Source: Eledone cirrhosa (Eukaryota). Taken from it: a DNA stretch of 64,000 nucleotides. This document shows, piece by piece, positions 1 to 13,400 of this stretch. The notes below the pieces were generated by a model. That model saw nothing but the letters and a program-made list of their open reading frames with translations, ran no database searches and had not been told where the DNA came from. The stretch spans positions 108,004,001 through 108,068,000 of the forward strand of contig OZ024744.1 in assembly GCA_964016885.1 (NCBI GenBank). Reading direction: 5' to 3'. Every line of letters starts with the position of its first letter. Position 1 is the stretch's first letter. The translations under genes were made by a program, and so were the position numbers.

Positions 1-455
1 AAACTGAAGAACTTTGAAAAAGAATGAATAAAAAAAAAAATAGTAAGGAATAAAAGAAAGAAAAACTATAAGAATAAGTGAAATAGAAAGAAGAAAGTAG
101 GAATAAAAAGAGAATGAAGGAAAGAATAAAAGAAATAATGATGAAGAGAAGTAGGAAAGAAATTATGAAATAATTAAAAGAAAAAAGAAATGGATGGGAG
201 AATGAAATAATAAATGGAAGACATAATGAAGGAGGGGAGAATGAAGGAAATAATTTAAGGATGAATAAAAAGCGAAGAAGTATTTGGAGATAGAAATAAT
301 CAAGTTTTAAAATAATAAATACATGGAACAATTAAGAATGAAAAGAAAAAAGAGAATATGGCAGAATGAGAGAAAATATGAAAGAAAGAAAGATAAACGA
401 AGAGAGAATGAAGCGACCCCCCCCCCCCCCTACTGAATGGAAGAGAATGAAAGAA
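1..455. repeat. Purine-rich (A/G) low-complexity tract
   Basis: Almost exclusively A/G-rich words (gaaa, gaat, gaag). Confidence 0.8.
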
Positions 456-464
456 GGAATTGTA

Positions 465-780
465 ATTCGGTTTGGAGGACAAGTGTTCCAGCTTTTGGGT
501 CAACCGAGCACCCTGCTCATGAAATTAATGACTGAGCATTGTTCAGACACGTGTACTCATAACATAATTCTCAGGGAGATTCGGCGTGGCGCAGTGTATG
601 ATAAGGTTGGCCGTTTGAATTACAGCTACGGTCAAAGTTTCTGCCGCCTACCAAAATTCACTCACAAGATATGGGTTAACTCGAGACTATGGAAAACGAC
701 ACTTGGCCAAGATGCCATAAAGAGATTGAATTCGGGAGGATATAAAATGATTGCAAAGCAAACACCACCTTTCCCGATAA
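465..780. mobile_element. Dispersed SINE-like repeat; diverged relative at about 50240-50420
   Basis: Shared blocks gtgttccag...gctcatgaaatta...tgagcatt...attctcagg.agattc.g.gtg...tttgaattacag at both sites. Confidence 0.55.
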
Positions 781-1316
781 AATGTAATTCAATGGTATAT
801 ATCCAGTTCTAGTCAACATACCCTAACTATATTTCCTTATTTTTATATATATCTTGCTTTGTTTTTTTTTGCCCGTTAAACTCTTGCCTTTCTTGAGGAG
901 ATTTTTCAAATATTTCACTATGTTTTAAATTATTGCCTTGTCCGTATTCGTCTTATTCGGGAAACCTCTGGTAATGAGGTAATTATATTGTATTGTTTAT
1001 TATATATATATATATATATAGTATTAAGGGTACTATTTATGGTTATGTATGCAATAAAACCTTTGATGGTAATATATTATATATACACAAACCCTAAATA
1101 GTGAGAGATAGTCTTTAATTACTATCCTATTACCAGTAAGATAAATAGCTCAATGTAATAACATCAGTTGTTATACAGAGCAGTTATATATATATATATA
1201 TATATATATATACTAATTTAAAGTCTCACAACTTATATAAAATGTATGATGCTTATGTTTCTCAGAAGTAAGGACTGTGCGACCAGAATATTGGATTGTA
1301 AATAAAATATAAATAT

Positions 1317-1347
1317 ACTAGCTGAATTACCCGGCGTTGCCTGGGTT
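1317..1347 (-). mobile_element. Helitron 3' terminus (hairpin + CTAG|T); duplicate at 21227-21257
   Basis: Minus strand reads cccaggcaacgccggg-taattcag-CTAG-T, the canonical Helitron end geometry. Confidence 0.65.
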
Positions 1348-1942
1348 ACTGCTGTTCTTATTCAGATTAGTAAACAATATCAAAATTGTAATGATAATAG
1401 AATTTAGAAATGAAAATCTGTCAATCTTAACAGTCAATCCAGTTCTAGTCAACATAGTCTCTTTTTTTTTATTATTAACATTGCTCTGTCTCTGATATGT
1501 TATAAATGTCAGATCTGGTTGAGAAAATGGAGGATTGAAATTTGACAGCTTATCTCTAGATTCATCCTGAAACTTTTCCCACCCTTAACTAATTATATTT
1601 TTGCTAAATGATTTCACTTGCGATAGATTTGGGATGTTGTCTATATTATGTCCCTTCATACTCCTTCATGCAGATCTGACTGATCAGCCAGTCTGCTAAT
1701 ATGCAAATCAGACAGATCAGTCACTGTGTATTTTTGAAAATAACATATATTTTCACTAGCTCTGACAGTTTGGCAGGTGAACAGTGAGCTGTACTGATGA
1801 AGGGTGATACTCAGAAACATTAGTGTCTGCAGTTCTGTTCGCATGATGCCAACACAAGAGCAAGAATGTCATTCTACTGACATGGCTATAAAATTGAGGC
1901 TTGTTTGCATAATTGCAAACGAATCGACTGTTATTATTAAAT

Positions 1943-2280
1943 TGGCAGTATCAGTAGAGGGTCGGACACCATGCTTTGACGCATAGAGTTACGGCCCTTG
2001 CCATTCTGAGTTCAAATCCCGCCGAGGTTAACTTTGCCTTTCATCCTTACGGGGTCGATAAAATAAAGTACCAGTAATGTACTGGGTAATTGCTGGCCTT
2101 GTGCCAAAAGTAGAAACAATTATTAATATGCTTTCCAGCATAGTTACGTCCCTTTACGATCTGAGTTCAAATCCCGCCGAGGTTGACTTTGCCTTTCATC
2201 CTTACGGGGTCGATAAAATAAAGTACCAGTAATACACTGGGTAATTGCTGGCCTTGTGCCTAACGTAGAAACAATTATTA
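1943..2280 (+). mobile_element. Two tandem copies of the main tRNA-derived SINE
   Basis: B-box gagttcaaatccc, core gcctttcatccttacggggtcgataaaataaagtaccagt and tail gccttgtgcc..gtagaaacaattat. Confidence 0.9.
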
Positions 2281-2292
2281 ATATTCGAAAAA

Positions 2293-2370
<78 letters not shown>

Positions 2371-2413
2371 TTTTTCGAATATATATATATATATATATAT
2401 ATATAAGTTTTTC

Positions 2414-2450
<37 letters not shown>

Positions 2451-2490
2451 TATAAGTTTTTCGAATATATATATATATATATATATATAT

Positions 2491-2607
2491 TTATTAAAAT
2501 AACAGATTAAGTTTAAGCAAAGAATCGCTGCTTTCACCCTTAACGGGATCTTCTGAAAGGGTGAAAGCAGCGATTCTTTGCTTAAACTTAATCTGTTATT
2601 TTAATAA
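2491..2607. repeat. Fold-back inverted repeat (about 50 bp arms) abutting (TA)n
   Basis: ttattaaaataacag...ctttcaccct / agggtgaaag...ttattttaataa; the right arm recurs at about 58880-58925. Confidence 0.85.
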
Positions 2608-2629
2608 TTATTACTATTATTATTATTAT

Positions 2630-2677
<48 letters not shown>

Positions 2678-4365
2678 TCGTAAACAAACTAGCCGGATGT
2701 ATGTAAAATACCTTGTTCAACCAGAAGACAAACAAAAGATATTTAAATTGATCTAGATTAAATGGAGACAGCAAATGTTAAACACGGGAAGTTAGAAATA
2801 TTATGAAATATCTATCAATTGAAAATTCTTTTTGCTCTTATAAAACCTACAGCAAAGTGTATCAACAAGTTCGGGTTTCAGTTTTGCCTGGAGTTCTAAG
2901 TTATACATATTTCTCTGAAAGGCTAACCTGCTACATTATGTTGTGGATTGGAAACGAGGCATTCACAAAATATCATATCTATCATTCCATTTCGAACAAT
3001 GTGCCACATCGTATCAGTTCTAAATAGTAGAACGGTAAAGAAGGTTTAAAAATAACCTTTCTGATGTGTGATTACGAAACTGGATATATTTAGTGAATAT
3101 GGAATTAGATTTGCCTGAATGTTTCCTATTACTACTATTAAGGATAAAACAACAACATCTTTCATTTGAATAATCTGAAATCTTACTTTTGATGGAGTCG
3201 GAGGTGCGCAAGTTTGTCCTGGGAGTCTTGGGCATTTTGAAATATATGCGAAGTCAATCCTTCTTCAGGAAACACATGTACTTATTATAAATATGTTAGT
3301 CAGAGAAGAGATCACTTTTAGTAAATGAACTATGTGGATTGTGTAGTTTTTAATATTCCCCATATTCTAAAAGATGATGTTATGTCAGTAATTGAACACC
3401 ATTCCGAACAGTTTGATATCTCGAGCTCAGTTAATGAAGCGTGTCTCTTCTCATTGTTTCTAACACATTTTAGCTTTTGATCATTTGCTACAGAAGCTAG
3501 AGATGTTGAAGAATACATTCGAACAATGTTGTCCTCATGGTATCAGGCACCTCGAAACCAAAGTGGTCGGCAACGTAATGGAGGAATTATGATATGGTAA
3601 AAGGAGCACCTATTAACCAGAAATAGGTGAGTTTAGAACGGCAGTGTAATCTGTCACTGGACCTATAGTCGAATTAAGGTGTTTGGGGGTCTCATTTGGA
3701 CGAGAACACATTATGGATAGAAATATGGACGAGGTAACGAGTCTCACCCAGAAATGAACTGAAACGAAGAAAGCTCTGAAAGATTGGTAGAAGTAGAATT
3801 TAGGCACCACCTCTGTTGGCCCCTGTCTCTTGCCCTAGGTCGCGTCTGACTAGGTAAAAGTACCTATACTTTCGTTTCTTATTGATACCAGAAGGTCTGT
3901 CTACTCGAAGGGGTCGGTATGGTGCATCTAATAATACTTGGGGTTCTATTTAGGCTGCGGCACATGCAGAGATCCTTAGATCGTAAGTAGATTAGATGTG
4001 ATCACGGTTTGTGAAGCAGGCTCTTCTACAATTTGACTTTTTGGCAGTGCTGTAGTTCTGAGTGAAGCAAAGATCATGATTGAAAATCTGGCACGAGGCA
4101 TGTTGTCAATCATTCACAGCCGGGCAAGAATTTAGTGAAACGTCAGCAATGAAATGGAAGTGTTGGGGTTGTAGTTTTTATACTGGATATGAGCAGTAAC
4201 GTTCCCAGGGAGAGCACAAGCGTCATTAATGTTGTTTATACTAAGCAGGGAACTTTAGATCTGGGGATTATGAACAAGTTCCAAAAATCTGTCATGGCAA
4301 TGTTCCAGGGAGATTCAAGAGTACTTTCTACTCGTCTCTTCCTTCGAAATACAAGTACAACTCAT

Positions 4366-4397
<32 letters not shown>

Positions 4398-4459
4398 CAG
4401 AATGAGTTGTAACTGTAATTCGAAGGGCCAGCCTTGTCACATTCTGTGTTAGGTTGAAT

Positions 4460-6045
4460 CTCCCTGAGAACTAAATTAGCCTTTCTGGGAACTAGATTTC
4501 CCTAATGCGCCAGTGTGGACCTGGATCAACCACATAGGGTCATCTAGGTCGTATATAGACAAGATTCTCATTATAACAATAGATAGAAATAGTGTAGGCT
4601 ATCCACGTTTTAAAACGGTCGCCTATTCAGATCACGAGTTTGTGATCTGTATGGTCGACCTAGATAAGGCACGTAGGTTAAGACCTGGTTACTGGAAGCT
4701 GAACATGTTTCCTGCACGTAAGGATTACAGAGACCGGGTCACCAATTTAGTTAAGCAAAAGTTGACAGGGGTGTGGGTCGTCAACAACAGGTGGTGGTGG
4801 CGGTGGCGGGGTGGGACTCTCAAAAGAGAAATTAGAGTAATATCGATAGGGTTTAGCAAAGAAGAATTGTTAGAGAAAAATAGAAAGGAGAGGGAGTTGG
4901 TAGCTAAGTTAGACGAGGCTATTTGTAGTGGCATTGCAACTGACGTGCTAGCGGCGAGAATGGCATTAGATAATTCCTTCCATGTGAAACATGAAGGTGG
5001 TATTGTCAGAGCTAAGGTACATGCGCTGAGAAACGAGAGAACCAAAGCTGTTCGATGGGGTGGCGTGGTAGAGGCGCAGCGTGGTAATAAAACCACAATT
5101 TGGTCTTTGACGGACCAAAACAGACGTGAAATGAGTGATTCCAGGCAGATGGATGAGGCTTTCCGCCAACACTTTGCCCAGCTGTTCGGGTGGAGTGGTG
5201 GGTAGGAGACGGTGGCGGACTTCAGTTAATGTCTCGACAGCTTACCGCGCCTCTGAACGGCCGATGGTGGGCGCTGCGAAAGGCATATTTACGTAAAGCT
5301 CGTAGGGCAGACCATCCAAACCAGGTGACTGACGTGCACCTTGTGCAGCCAACAAGGGCATCATGAACTACGGCCGAAATTAAGGATGCTCTTGTTGGCT
5401 GCACGAGGCGCAAGTCACCCAGTTTAGATATGTCTACTCTACGAGCTTTACGTAAATATGACAGACTTGTTCTCCGATCTCCGCGAAGCGCTCTACTGCA
5501 ACTGACAGCAGAATGGGAGTATTCCCAGTTCTGTGAGCCGGGGCGTAGTGACGCTGATAAGGAAAGACGAGAACAAGAGGGACACATTAGACAACTTCAG
5601 GCCCATAACTTTGCTAAACACAGAGTTTAAGATTTTGGCCAAGGTATTAGCAAAGAAGTTGGAGCAGTTAGATTTGGTTGGGGAGGCACAAACTTGCATA
5701 ATCCAGAGCAGGTCCATACACGACAACCTCCACCTTACGCGATATATCATGGAGAGGGTAGGGTGTAAACCTGGCTTCGGTGGGGCTCTGATCAATTTAG
5801 ACCAATCGAAAGCTTTCGATAGGGTCGATAATCGATACTTGGAGGCTGTCCTCAAGGCGGTTGGTTTCGGCTGCGTCTTCAGAGGCTGGATCGCTGCAAT
5901 CCACAGCAGTATCTGCTCGGTGGTCAAAGTTAATGGCCACCTTTCGGAGCCATTTCAGATCTCCCGATCGGTCCGTCAAGGGGCCCCTCTCTCCTCCCTT
6001 CTGTACATATTGACTCTGGAGCCTTTACTGCGTTGCTGGAAATTC
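4460..6045 (+). mobile_element. Tx1/L1-clade LINE ORF2 fragment (APE endonuclease C-terminus + RT), frameshifted
   Basis: SYIDKI, SDH, GYWKLN, NFRPITLLNTEFKILAK, DQSKAFDRV and RQGAPLS motifs in ORFs 4513-5205 and 5533-6048. Confidence 0.9.
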
Positions 6046-7145
6046 TAAATAGAATATTAGTCTAATGACTTTCTCTTAGCAATTTGCCTTTCATCCTTCC
6101 GGGGTCGATAGCATAAAGTACCAGTAATGCATTGGGTAATTGCTGGCCTTGTGCCAAAAGTAGAAACAATATATTGTTCTTACTCCACATAACGACGTAA
6201 TTATCCTCTCATGTATTTCATCACCGAGAATGTCTTCACAAAACAACGTTATGTCTTCCTGTTTTCCTTCGGTTGTAACGTTTTTTGAAATATTTGTAAT
6301 TATAAGTAATTATATATTATATTATGTTCATTATTTTATATTGATGTTGTTATTGTACTATTGATCCTTATTACTTACCGATGATTTTATGTACCATTAT
6401 GATATGTTAAATTTTATATATCATGTAAGATGTTTATATTTTTGTACCATCATAATTTTGGGTATTGTACAATTTATATTTTTTTCTCACCTACTCTGTA
6501 ACTCTATATGAAATGATTTGTTAACTTACATGCCATTATATATTATATATTATTATATTATTATTATTATAGTATTATTGTGACATCTATATTGTTTGTG
6601 TAAATTAACCGGAGATTATCTATTATATTATATTATATATTATATAATTATATAGTTTATTATATATTATATGTGTTACTTTTAATCATTTCATTACTTC
6701 ATGTTATACTGTATATTAGATATACGTATTATTATTATTTTTATTCCTATTATGCTTATTTATATTTAAACTCTTAATAAGGTTTATTTGTGCTGTTAAT
6801 GATGGAAATGTGTATTGATGTATATGTATATGTGCGTACGTGTGCGTACATATATACATATGTATATTGTGCCTTTTAATTTTAATTTTAATATTGTTAC
6901 AAGTATATTATATTATATTATATTGTATTATATATAGTACTATAATTCCCTGCTCTATATAACCACCTTTAGTTTTTTTGCTTTGGACTATATTTGTAAC
7001 ATGGTTCAAAATGTTATCCACCTACTTAGTGATTTTTATTATATATTTTTACCCATAATCTTCCAATACTTTAGTGTATGTACACTCCATATTCTTTAGA
7101 GTTTTTGGCTTGTATTGGCCGATAGTACTTCTTGTGGTTTTGATT

Positions 7146-7183
7146 GCCCTGATGAGTCCTTAATAGGACGAAACATTGTTGGC
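7146..7183 (+). ncRNA. Minimal type I hammerhead ribozyme motif (Penelope pLTR type)
   Basis: gcc-CTGATGA-gtcct(taat)aggac-GAAA-c(att)g-TT-ggc, followed by aataaa and (TA)n. Confidence 0.75.
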
Positions 7184-7322
7184 TAATAAAGACTTTTGAT
7201 GTATTGAAGGCTTCTTTGTTTTATTTTCATAATTCTGTTTAATTACATTGAGCTATACCTTTTACTGTCATTTCTATAATACGAAGAGGGTGTTTAACTC
7301 CAACACGCTCCAGTATTTTAAT

Positions 7323-7372
<50 letters not shown>

Positions 7373-7374
<2 letters not shown>

Positions 7375-7406
7375 TAGCTGGCCCGTCCGGCTGGCGCCCG
7401 GCTAGG
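7373..7406 (-). mobile_element. Helitron-like 3' terminus
   Basis: GC-rich hairpin followed by CTAG-T on the minus strand; a similar end lies at 34649-34677. Confidence 0.5.
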
Positions 7407-7981
7407 TATACCGGCATTTTATCTTTTCAGGAATCCCCCTCCACTCCAGTGCAAAGATACCGCACGTTCTCTCAAGTCAGCGAGGGTGGGGGTGGCGAGT
7501 TAATGTCCTCTGGTGTTGGGTTTAAATAGTTTTTAGGACCCCCAGTTCAGCAGCCAGTAGGTTAAAGAAAATTGATAGTTACAACAATAAAGGCTGAACA
7601 GAGAACACATTTTTAAACAAAATTTACAATAATGGGTAAATTTTAAAAGCCATATTTGTATGTCTCTGAGACAGCCAGTGTGAATGCATTTGAAAGAGCA
7701 TGCAGACAGCATAACTATGGTCTGACCGCAGCTGTGAGCAGGTGTGCAGGCGTGTCTAGACATTAACCGACAATTGAGATCCTAAAAATGGAAAAAAAAC
7801 CACAGTCAACTGGGTCAAGGACACTTTGAACGCAGCCAGTTAGAATCTTGTCTTTCCTTCACCGATAACAATGTATTTCATGTCAATTATTGACTCAACT
7901 GTAATAGTTAACACTATGTAGATCTATTTTATTCCCTATTGTATAAATAATGTTACAAAAAACCCAGAAGCGAGTAGCACA

Positions 7982-8207
7982 CACATCTAGGACCACATAC
8001 AACACATAAGCAGGTAATACACACATTTAAGACCACATACAACACGTAAGCAGGTAATACACACATCTAGGACCACATACAACACATAAGCAGGTAATAC
8101 ATACGCTGGGACCACATACAATACATAAGCAGGTAATACATACATCTAGGAATACATACAACACATAAGCAGATAATACACACATCTAGGACCACATACA
8201 ACACACA
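7982..8207. repeat. 40-bp minisatellite inside the hAT element (also 22602-22868)
   Basis: Tandem acacatctaggaccacatacaacacataagcaggtaatac. Confidence 0.9.
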
Positions 8208-9279
8208 TTGTATCATGTGCTACGGACGACACAAGAGCAATGGTCGGCCAACTTAAGGGTTTCGTCACTCTTCTGAAGAGAGGAAATCTATCTGTATTTG
8301 CTGTTCATTGTGTCATTCATCGACAACACTTGGCTGTGAAGAAATTCAGCAAGCCTCTGAGCAAGTCCTTGCAGGTGGCCATTGATGTCATCAATGTTAT
8401 CAAACGCCAATCCCTCGATGAACGAATTTTTCGGCAACTGTGCCAAGATAATGCCGAAGAATTCGTCAAGTTGCTCCTTCATACTGAAGTGAGGTGGCTT
8501 TCAAAGGGCAAGTGCCTTACTCACTTCTTTGAACTGTTCGACTCTATCATTGAATTTCTTCGAGGACGCAACACAGAACTGTACAAGAAAACCCTCGATG
8601 TGAGGCAAGACTGCGCCTACCTCGCTCACATCTTTGACAAATGCAATAGCGTCATTATGGCTTTGCAGGGGAAGAAGATCACCTTGCTTAAAGCAAGGAA
8701 TGCTGTGAAAACATTCCTGGCCAAATTGAATGTCATCGAAAGGAATCTTTGTTGACGGGAATTCTATAATTTTCCTAGTGTCGCCAATGTTCAAAACATT
8801 GTAAGCGATGACCAACTCCAAATTTATACCGCTCACCTCCGTGCGCTACAAGACAACATGAGAGAACGGTTTGTCGACCTTTTGCTGATGGACATCCCAA
8901 TGTGGATAGCAGATCCCTTCATAGATACCGTCGACGATTTGGACGTTAAATTTCAGGAAGAATTCATTGAACTTCAAGCAGATGATATGATCAAAATTAG
9001 ATTTCCCAAAATAGGTGAACCCCTTTTTTGGATGTAAGAGGAAATTCAGCGTCGATTTCCACTCCCAGATAAGAGATTTGCTCTGCCTTTTCCAAGCTCA
9101 TACTTAGTCGAGCTCATACATACTCAAGCTCATACTTTGGTGCTGTTTCCAGACTGCACAGTAAGTCTCGCAACCGCTACAATATAATTTCACGTGGCGA
9201 TCGCTGGCTACATATTACGAAAATTCAGCCTCACGTCAAAGAGTTAGCTAGACTCCATGAAGCTCAAGGGTTCCATTGA
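8208..9279 (+). pseudogene. Buster/Charlie-type (ZBED5/SCAND3-like) transposase, 5'-truncated, with stops
   Basis: HCVIHRQHLA, LLLHTEVRWLSKG, AYLAHIF and FPSSYLVE motifs; stop at 8753-8755. Confidence 0.9.
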
Positions 9280-9959
9280 AATGAGGTCAAAGTTAAAGTA
9301 AGTTGATTTATCCGAAAACTTGGATATGCTATTGTTACAAAGCAAACTAACAATTTTTTTATTTGTAGTTGCAGTCTGACTGGACTGGAAACCATCTACT
9401 ACAATTCACTTACTCATTTGTTGTATATATTTTACCATTTACTAATAAATATACCCTCTTATATAGTCATGAAAACCCTCTTCCGTGGTCTCTAAGCTCA
9501 TAAAGCGGAGGGGAAATCAAGTTAGATATCAACATTTATTCTGTCCGTTTCAATAAAGGGAAAATTGGAAAGCTTTGAAATGATATAATTGCCACTTTCT
9601 TCCAGATAAGACCACTCTTTGGATAGACAGAGTTACTCTTGTATAAATGTTCAAAATAGCTGGTATCGCCTGGTGGGAATATAACAAATTCAACTGGTCC
9701 TTCAGCAGCACCGTTTTACGTCCGTTCTTCCACGCTAGCATGGGTTAGACGGGTTGTCCTGTTGTGGGCAGTGTCCGGTCGGCTGACCTTGTCTTGCTCA
9801 TACAGGAACTGATTCTGGCTTGATTTCTACAGCTGGATGCCCTTCCTAACACCAACCTCATTTACAGTGTGGGCTGGGTGCTTTTTTTACCGTGGCACCT
9901 CCACGACCACTTTGCAGTGGAATGATAGGGACCCCAGTTCTATCATCGGATTTCTACAG

Positions 9960-10090
9960 CTGAATAAACTGGAGTAATGTGAAATAAAGTGTCTTGCTCA
10001 AGGAAATAACACATCATCAGGTTCGAGAATTGAATTCACAACCTTTCGATTGCAAGCCCAATGCTCTAACCACTAAGCCACGCGCCTTCC
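9960..10090 (-). mobile_element. Second tRNA-headed SINE family (also about 13600-13733 and 24500-24632)
   Basis: Minus strand ggcgcgtggcttagtggttagagc (A box)...gttcaattc (B box)...ccttgagcaagacactttatttcac. Confidence 0.75.
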
Positions 10091-10255
10091 TTATTCATAA
10101 AAAAGAACATTTATGTTCCTTTCATCTTTGGAATATTTAAAATCAATTTTTTAGTAATCGACTGATATCAAAATCAGTAGTATATTGAAAAATGGAAAAA
10201 TAGGGTAGGTGGGCGTTTAATGATTTCGAGGCACAAAATGGGTTGAGAACCTGTG

Positions 10256-10433
10256 GTTTAGAGGAAGCCTTTTCACAAAGTACCATATGTCATCTGGTGG
10301 TCCTTAAGTAACCTAGGCGTAGAAGAGTGACCCGTGTAAGCTGTGCAAGTCATGTTTAGAGGAGCAGTCAGTAAAGTGAGAGTAGGTAATGAGTTTAGTG
10401 AAGAATTAAATATGCAGGTAGGTGTTCATCAAG
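10256..10433 (+). mobile_element. RTE-clade RT fragment (partial duplicate at 13945-14040)
   Basis: LEEAF..KVP..IWWSL..LGVEE...SKVRVGNEFSEE..MQVGVHQG. Confidence 0.75.
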
Positions 10434-10600
10434 GTTAAGATATAAATTGGACTGGACGTTATATCCACTAGAAAGAGGTGCGAAGTACTAGTCACATTAT
10501 GAGCAGTTCAACAAATTAAAAATGTACCTTAAATTACTATATATATTTATATATATATATATGAATTATAAGAATCAAAGAACTGTTCAAAACATTTTTA

Positions 10601-10647
10601 TGCTTACAACTGTTTCCTCCAAACCGAGGTTTGGTTTCTTCGGAGCA
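10601..10647 (-). ncRNA. Variant hammerhead motif (CCGAAGA core); inverted copy at 11783-11829 (+)
   Basis: tgct-CCGAAGA-aa-ccaaac(ctcg)gtttgg-ag-GAAA-cagttg-TA-agca. Confidence 0.55.
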
Positions 10648-12030
10648 ATTTATTATTGAATGAACACTTATATGACCTCCTTTTCACCCAAGAGACATAC
10701 AGATACATATGCAAATATTGTGGGTCAACATTCATTACAGCATTTAGTGTGGCAGTACACATTTAGAGATTACATTTAAGCGGTTATAGAGTGCAATAGT
10801 TATACGTGTGGCAAGCACGTGCGTCTTGTTTATAGTGATGATTATCTTTCGACATCCAATATAGCATGCACTGACAGGGAACTTACAAGGGATCATTGTG
10901 TGTTGAAGTGATTCTGGAAATCATTAATTTAGAAATCTCGCTCGTCATGTATAATATTCATTTGTGGCACTCTACGATGGGGGATAATCACCATAATAGG
11001 AACACCTTCAGCACAGCTTAATAGACTACATTATAGTTAAGACACTTTAGATTTTTAGAAACTGCACATAACCATATAAGTTAGGGACTACTTTGAGACA
11101 CAATTTAATAGTTAGTAATAGAAACCACTGAGTTATCTCCCCTCATGCATTAACTCCCCTTAGCCACACACACACTTCCGGGTAATATTTCCATGTCGAT
11201 TCTCGCAACGTAACAACCTACTGTATTGAGCTAAAGACCATCAGACTACGATTCTCTAACAGGATTGTCAAACGCCCAATATCGAATCGTCGTGGATTAT
11301 GTGAGGGGCATATAATCTGAAAAATACGCTCCCCGGAATATGAAAATGTCGCAGTGCATGAAATCCATATCATTGCTTCGCTACGCATTTCCAATATTTT
11401 TAATGCTTACATTATTTTTAATACTTATATTATTTCTCCACGCACAGGCTATAACAATCATATAAAGAATTCATTACCAGATCAACCCCCTTAACACTCT
11501 TGATTACCTGCTTAAGTGCTTCTATTACACGTAACTCTCTGCCACACTATATAAACAAGACGCACGTGCTTGCCACACGTATAACCATTGCACTCTATAA
11601 CCGCTTAATTTCATGTATTTAAACCTGTATTTTTGATTGTATCTTTTAATATGAATGTAATCTCTAAATGTGTACTGCCACACTAAATGCTGTAATGAAT
11701 GTTGACCTACAATATTTGCATATGTATCTGTATGTCTCTTGGGTGAAAAGGAGGTCATATAAGTGTTCATTCAATAATAAATTGCTCCGAAGAAACCAAA
11801 CCTCGGTTTGGAGGAAACAGTTGTAAGCATAAAAATGTTTTGAACAGTTCTTTGATTCTTATAATTCATATAACTGCTCTGTAAATCATCTGATGTTATT
11901 ACATTGAGCTATTTAACTTACTGGTAATAAGGTAGTAATATATTACTGCCTACCACTATTTAGGGTTTATAAAAATATATATAACTACAAAAGGTTTTTG
12001 TATTTGCATAACCATAAATAGTATACTTAA

Positions 12031-12174
<144 letters not shown>

Positions 12175-12743
12175 TAATCTAAAGTATCACAACTTATATA
12201 AAATGTATGATGCTTATGTTTCTCAGTAGAAAAGCTCGATGGACATTTGCCCAGAGCATAAATAATTCAAATTAAAAGATATATCTATAGAAAGAGATGT
12301 GGCAACATATATAAATAAGACTGGACGTTATATCTACAAGAAAGAGGTACTTCGCACCTCTTTCTTGCCACCACAGTTCTCACACCATGCTGTCTATGGT
12401 GTTTGCATAACTTTTGGATCCCAACATATATAAAAGTATTTTGTACTCTGTACTCTATTGGAACTTATCTAAAAAGCTGAATCCTCTGATGATTGATTCA
12501 CCTCTCTCATAGCTTTACCAAACTCGATAGATGGTGATGGATGATCGATTGCTTAGACTGTTTTTTGTTATGGTATATGAACTATAAAATGGTGCCATAA
12601 AGAAAGAAGACGTGTATGTGCACCAATTATATGAAATACAGTGTGTTTTCAAGGTTATACATTCCATCACTTCAATCACATATTTCACCAAGAAATCCCT
12701 AGGATCTTTTCCACCTTGAAGTACATATTTTTTCCTAAATATT

Positions 12744-12930
12744 ATTGTTTCTACTTTTGGCACAAGGCCAGCAATTACCCAGTACACTACTGGTACTTTA
12801 TTTTATCGACCCCGTAAGGATGAAAGGCAAAGTTAACCTCGACGGGATTTGAACTCAAACCGTAAAGGGACGTAACTATGCTAGAAAGCATGGCGTCCAA
12901 CCCTCTACTGATACTGCCAATTCACCGCCC
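12744..12930 (-). mobile_element. Main tRNA-derived SINE
   Basis: Reverse complement of the SINE at 19744-19935. Confidence 0.9.
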
Positions 12931-13000
12931 TCCTATTTTTTCCTAAATATTATGTGCTTTATATATGTACAAAATACTATGTGTTTCTCAAACGATATAT

Positions 13001-13076
<76 letters not shown>

Positions 13077-13163
13077 ATATATATATATATATATATACAA
13101 ATTTATTTTAATTTTAATTATTAATGCTCTGGGCAAATGTCCATTGAGCTTCACCTTAAATTA

Positions 13164-13211
<48 letters not shown>

Positions 13212-13320
13212 TAATTTAAGGTATCACAACTTATATAAAATGTATGATGGTTATGTTTCTCGGTAGTAAAGCTCAATGGACATTTGCCCAGAGCATTAAT
13301 AAATCAAATTAAAATATATT

Positions 13321-13400
<80 letters not shown>

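Larger units (their letters stand above)
7530..10255 (+). mobile_element. hAT (Charlie/Buster) DNA transposon copy 1, left TIR missing
   Basis: Right TIR ggttgagaacctgtg at 10241-10255 followed by gtttagag; colinear with 22241-24875. Confidence 0.85.

Noticed and set aside
1760-1885. Minus-strand HPSSVQLTVHLPNCQ resembling a Helitron Rep motif
   Set aside because: Single short match followed by a stop; the flanking Rep motifs are not seen.
7982-8207. 40-bp repeats as a CRISPR array
   Set aside because: Head-to-tail with no unique spacers, eukaryotic context and no cas genes.
8240-8755. Domesticated ZBED5/SCAND3-like host gene
   Set aside because: Truncated, stop-containing and bounded by TIR and TSD-like sequence; it is a transposon relic.
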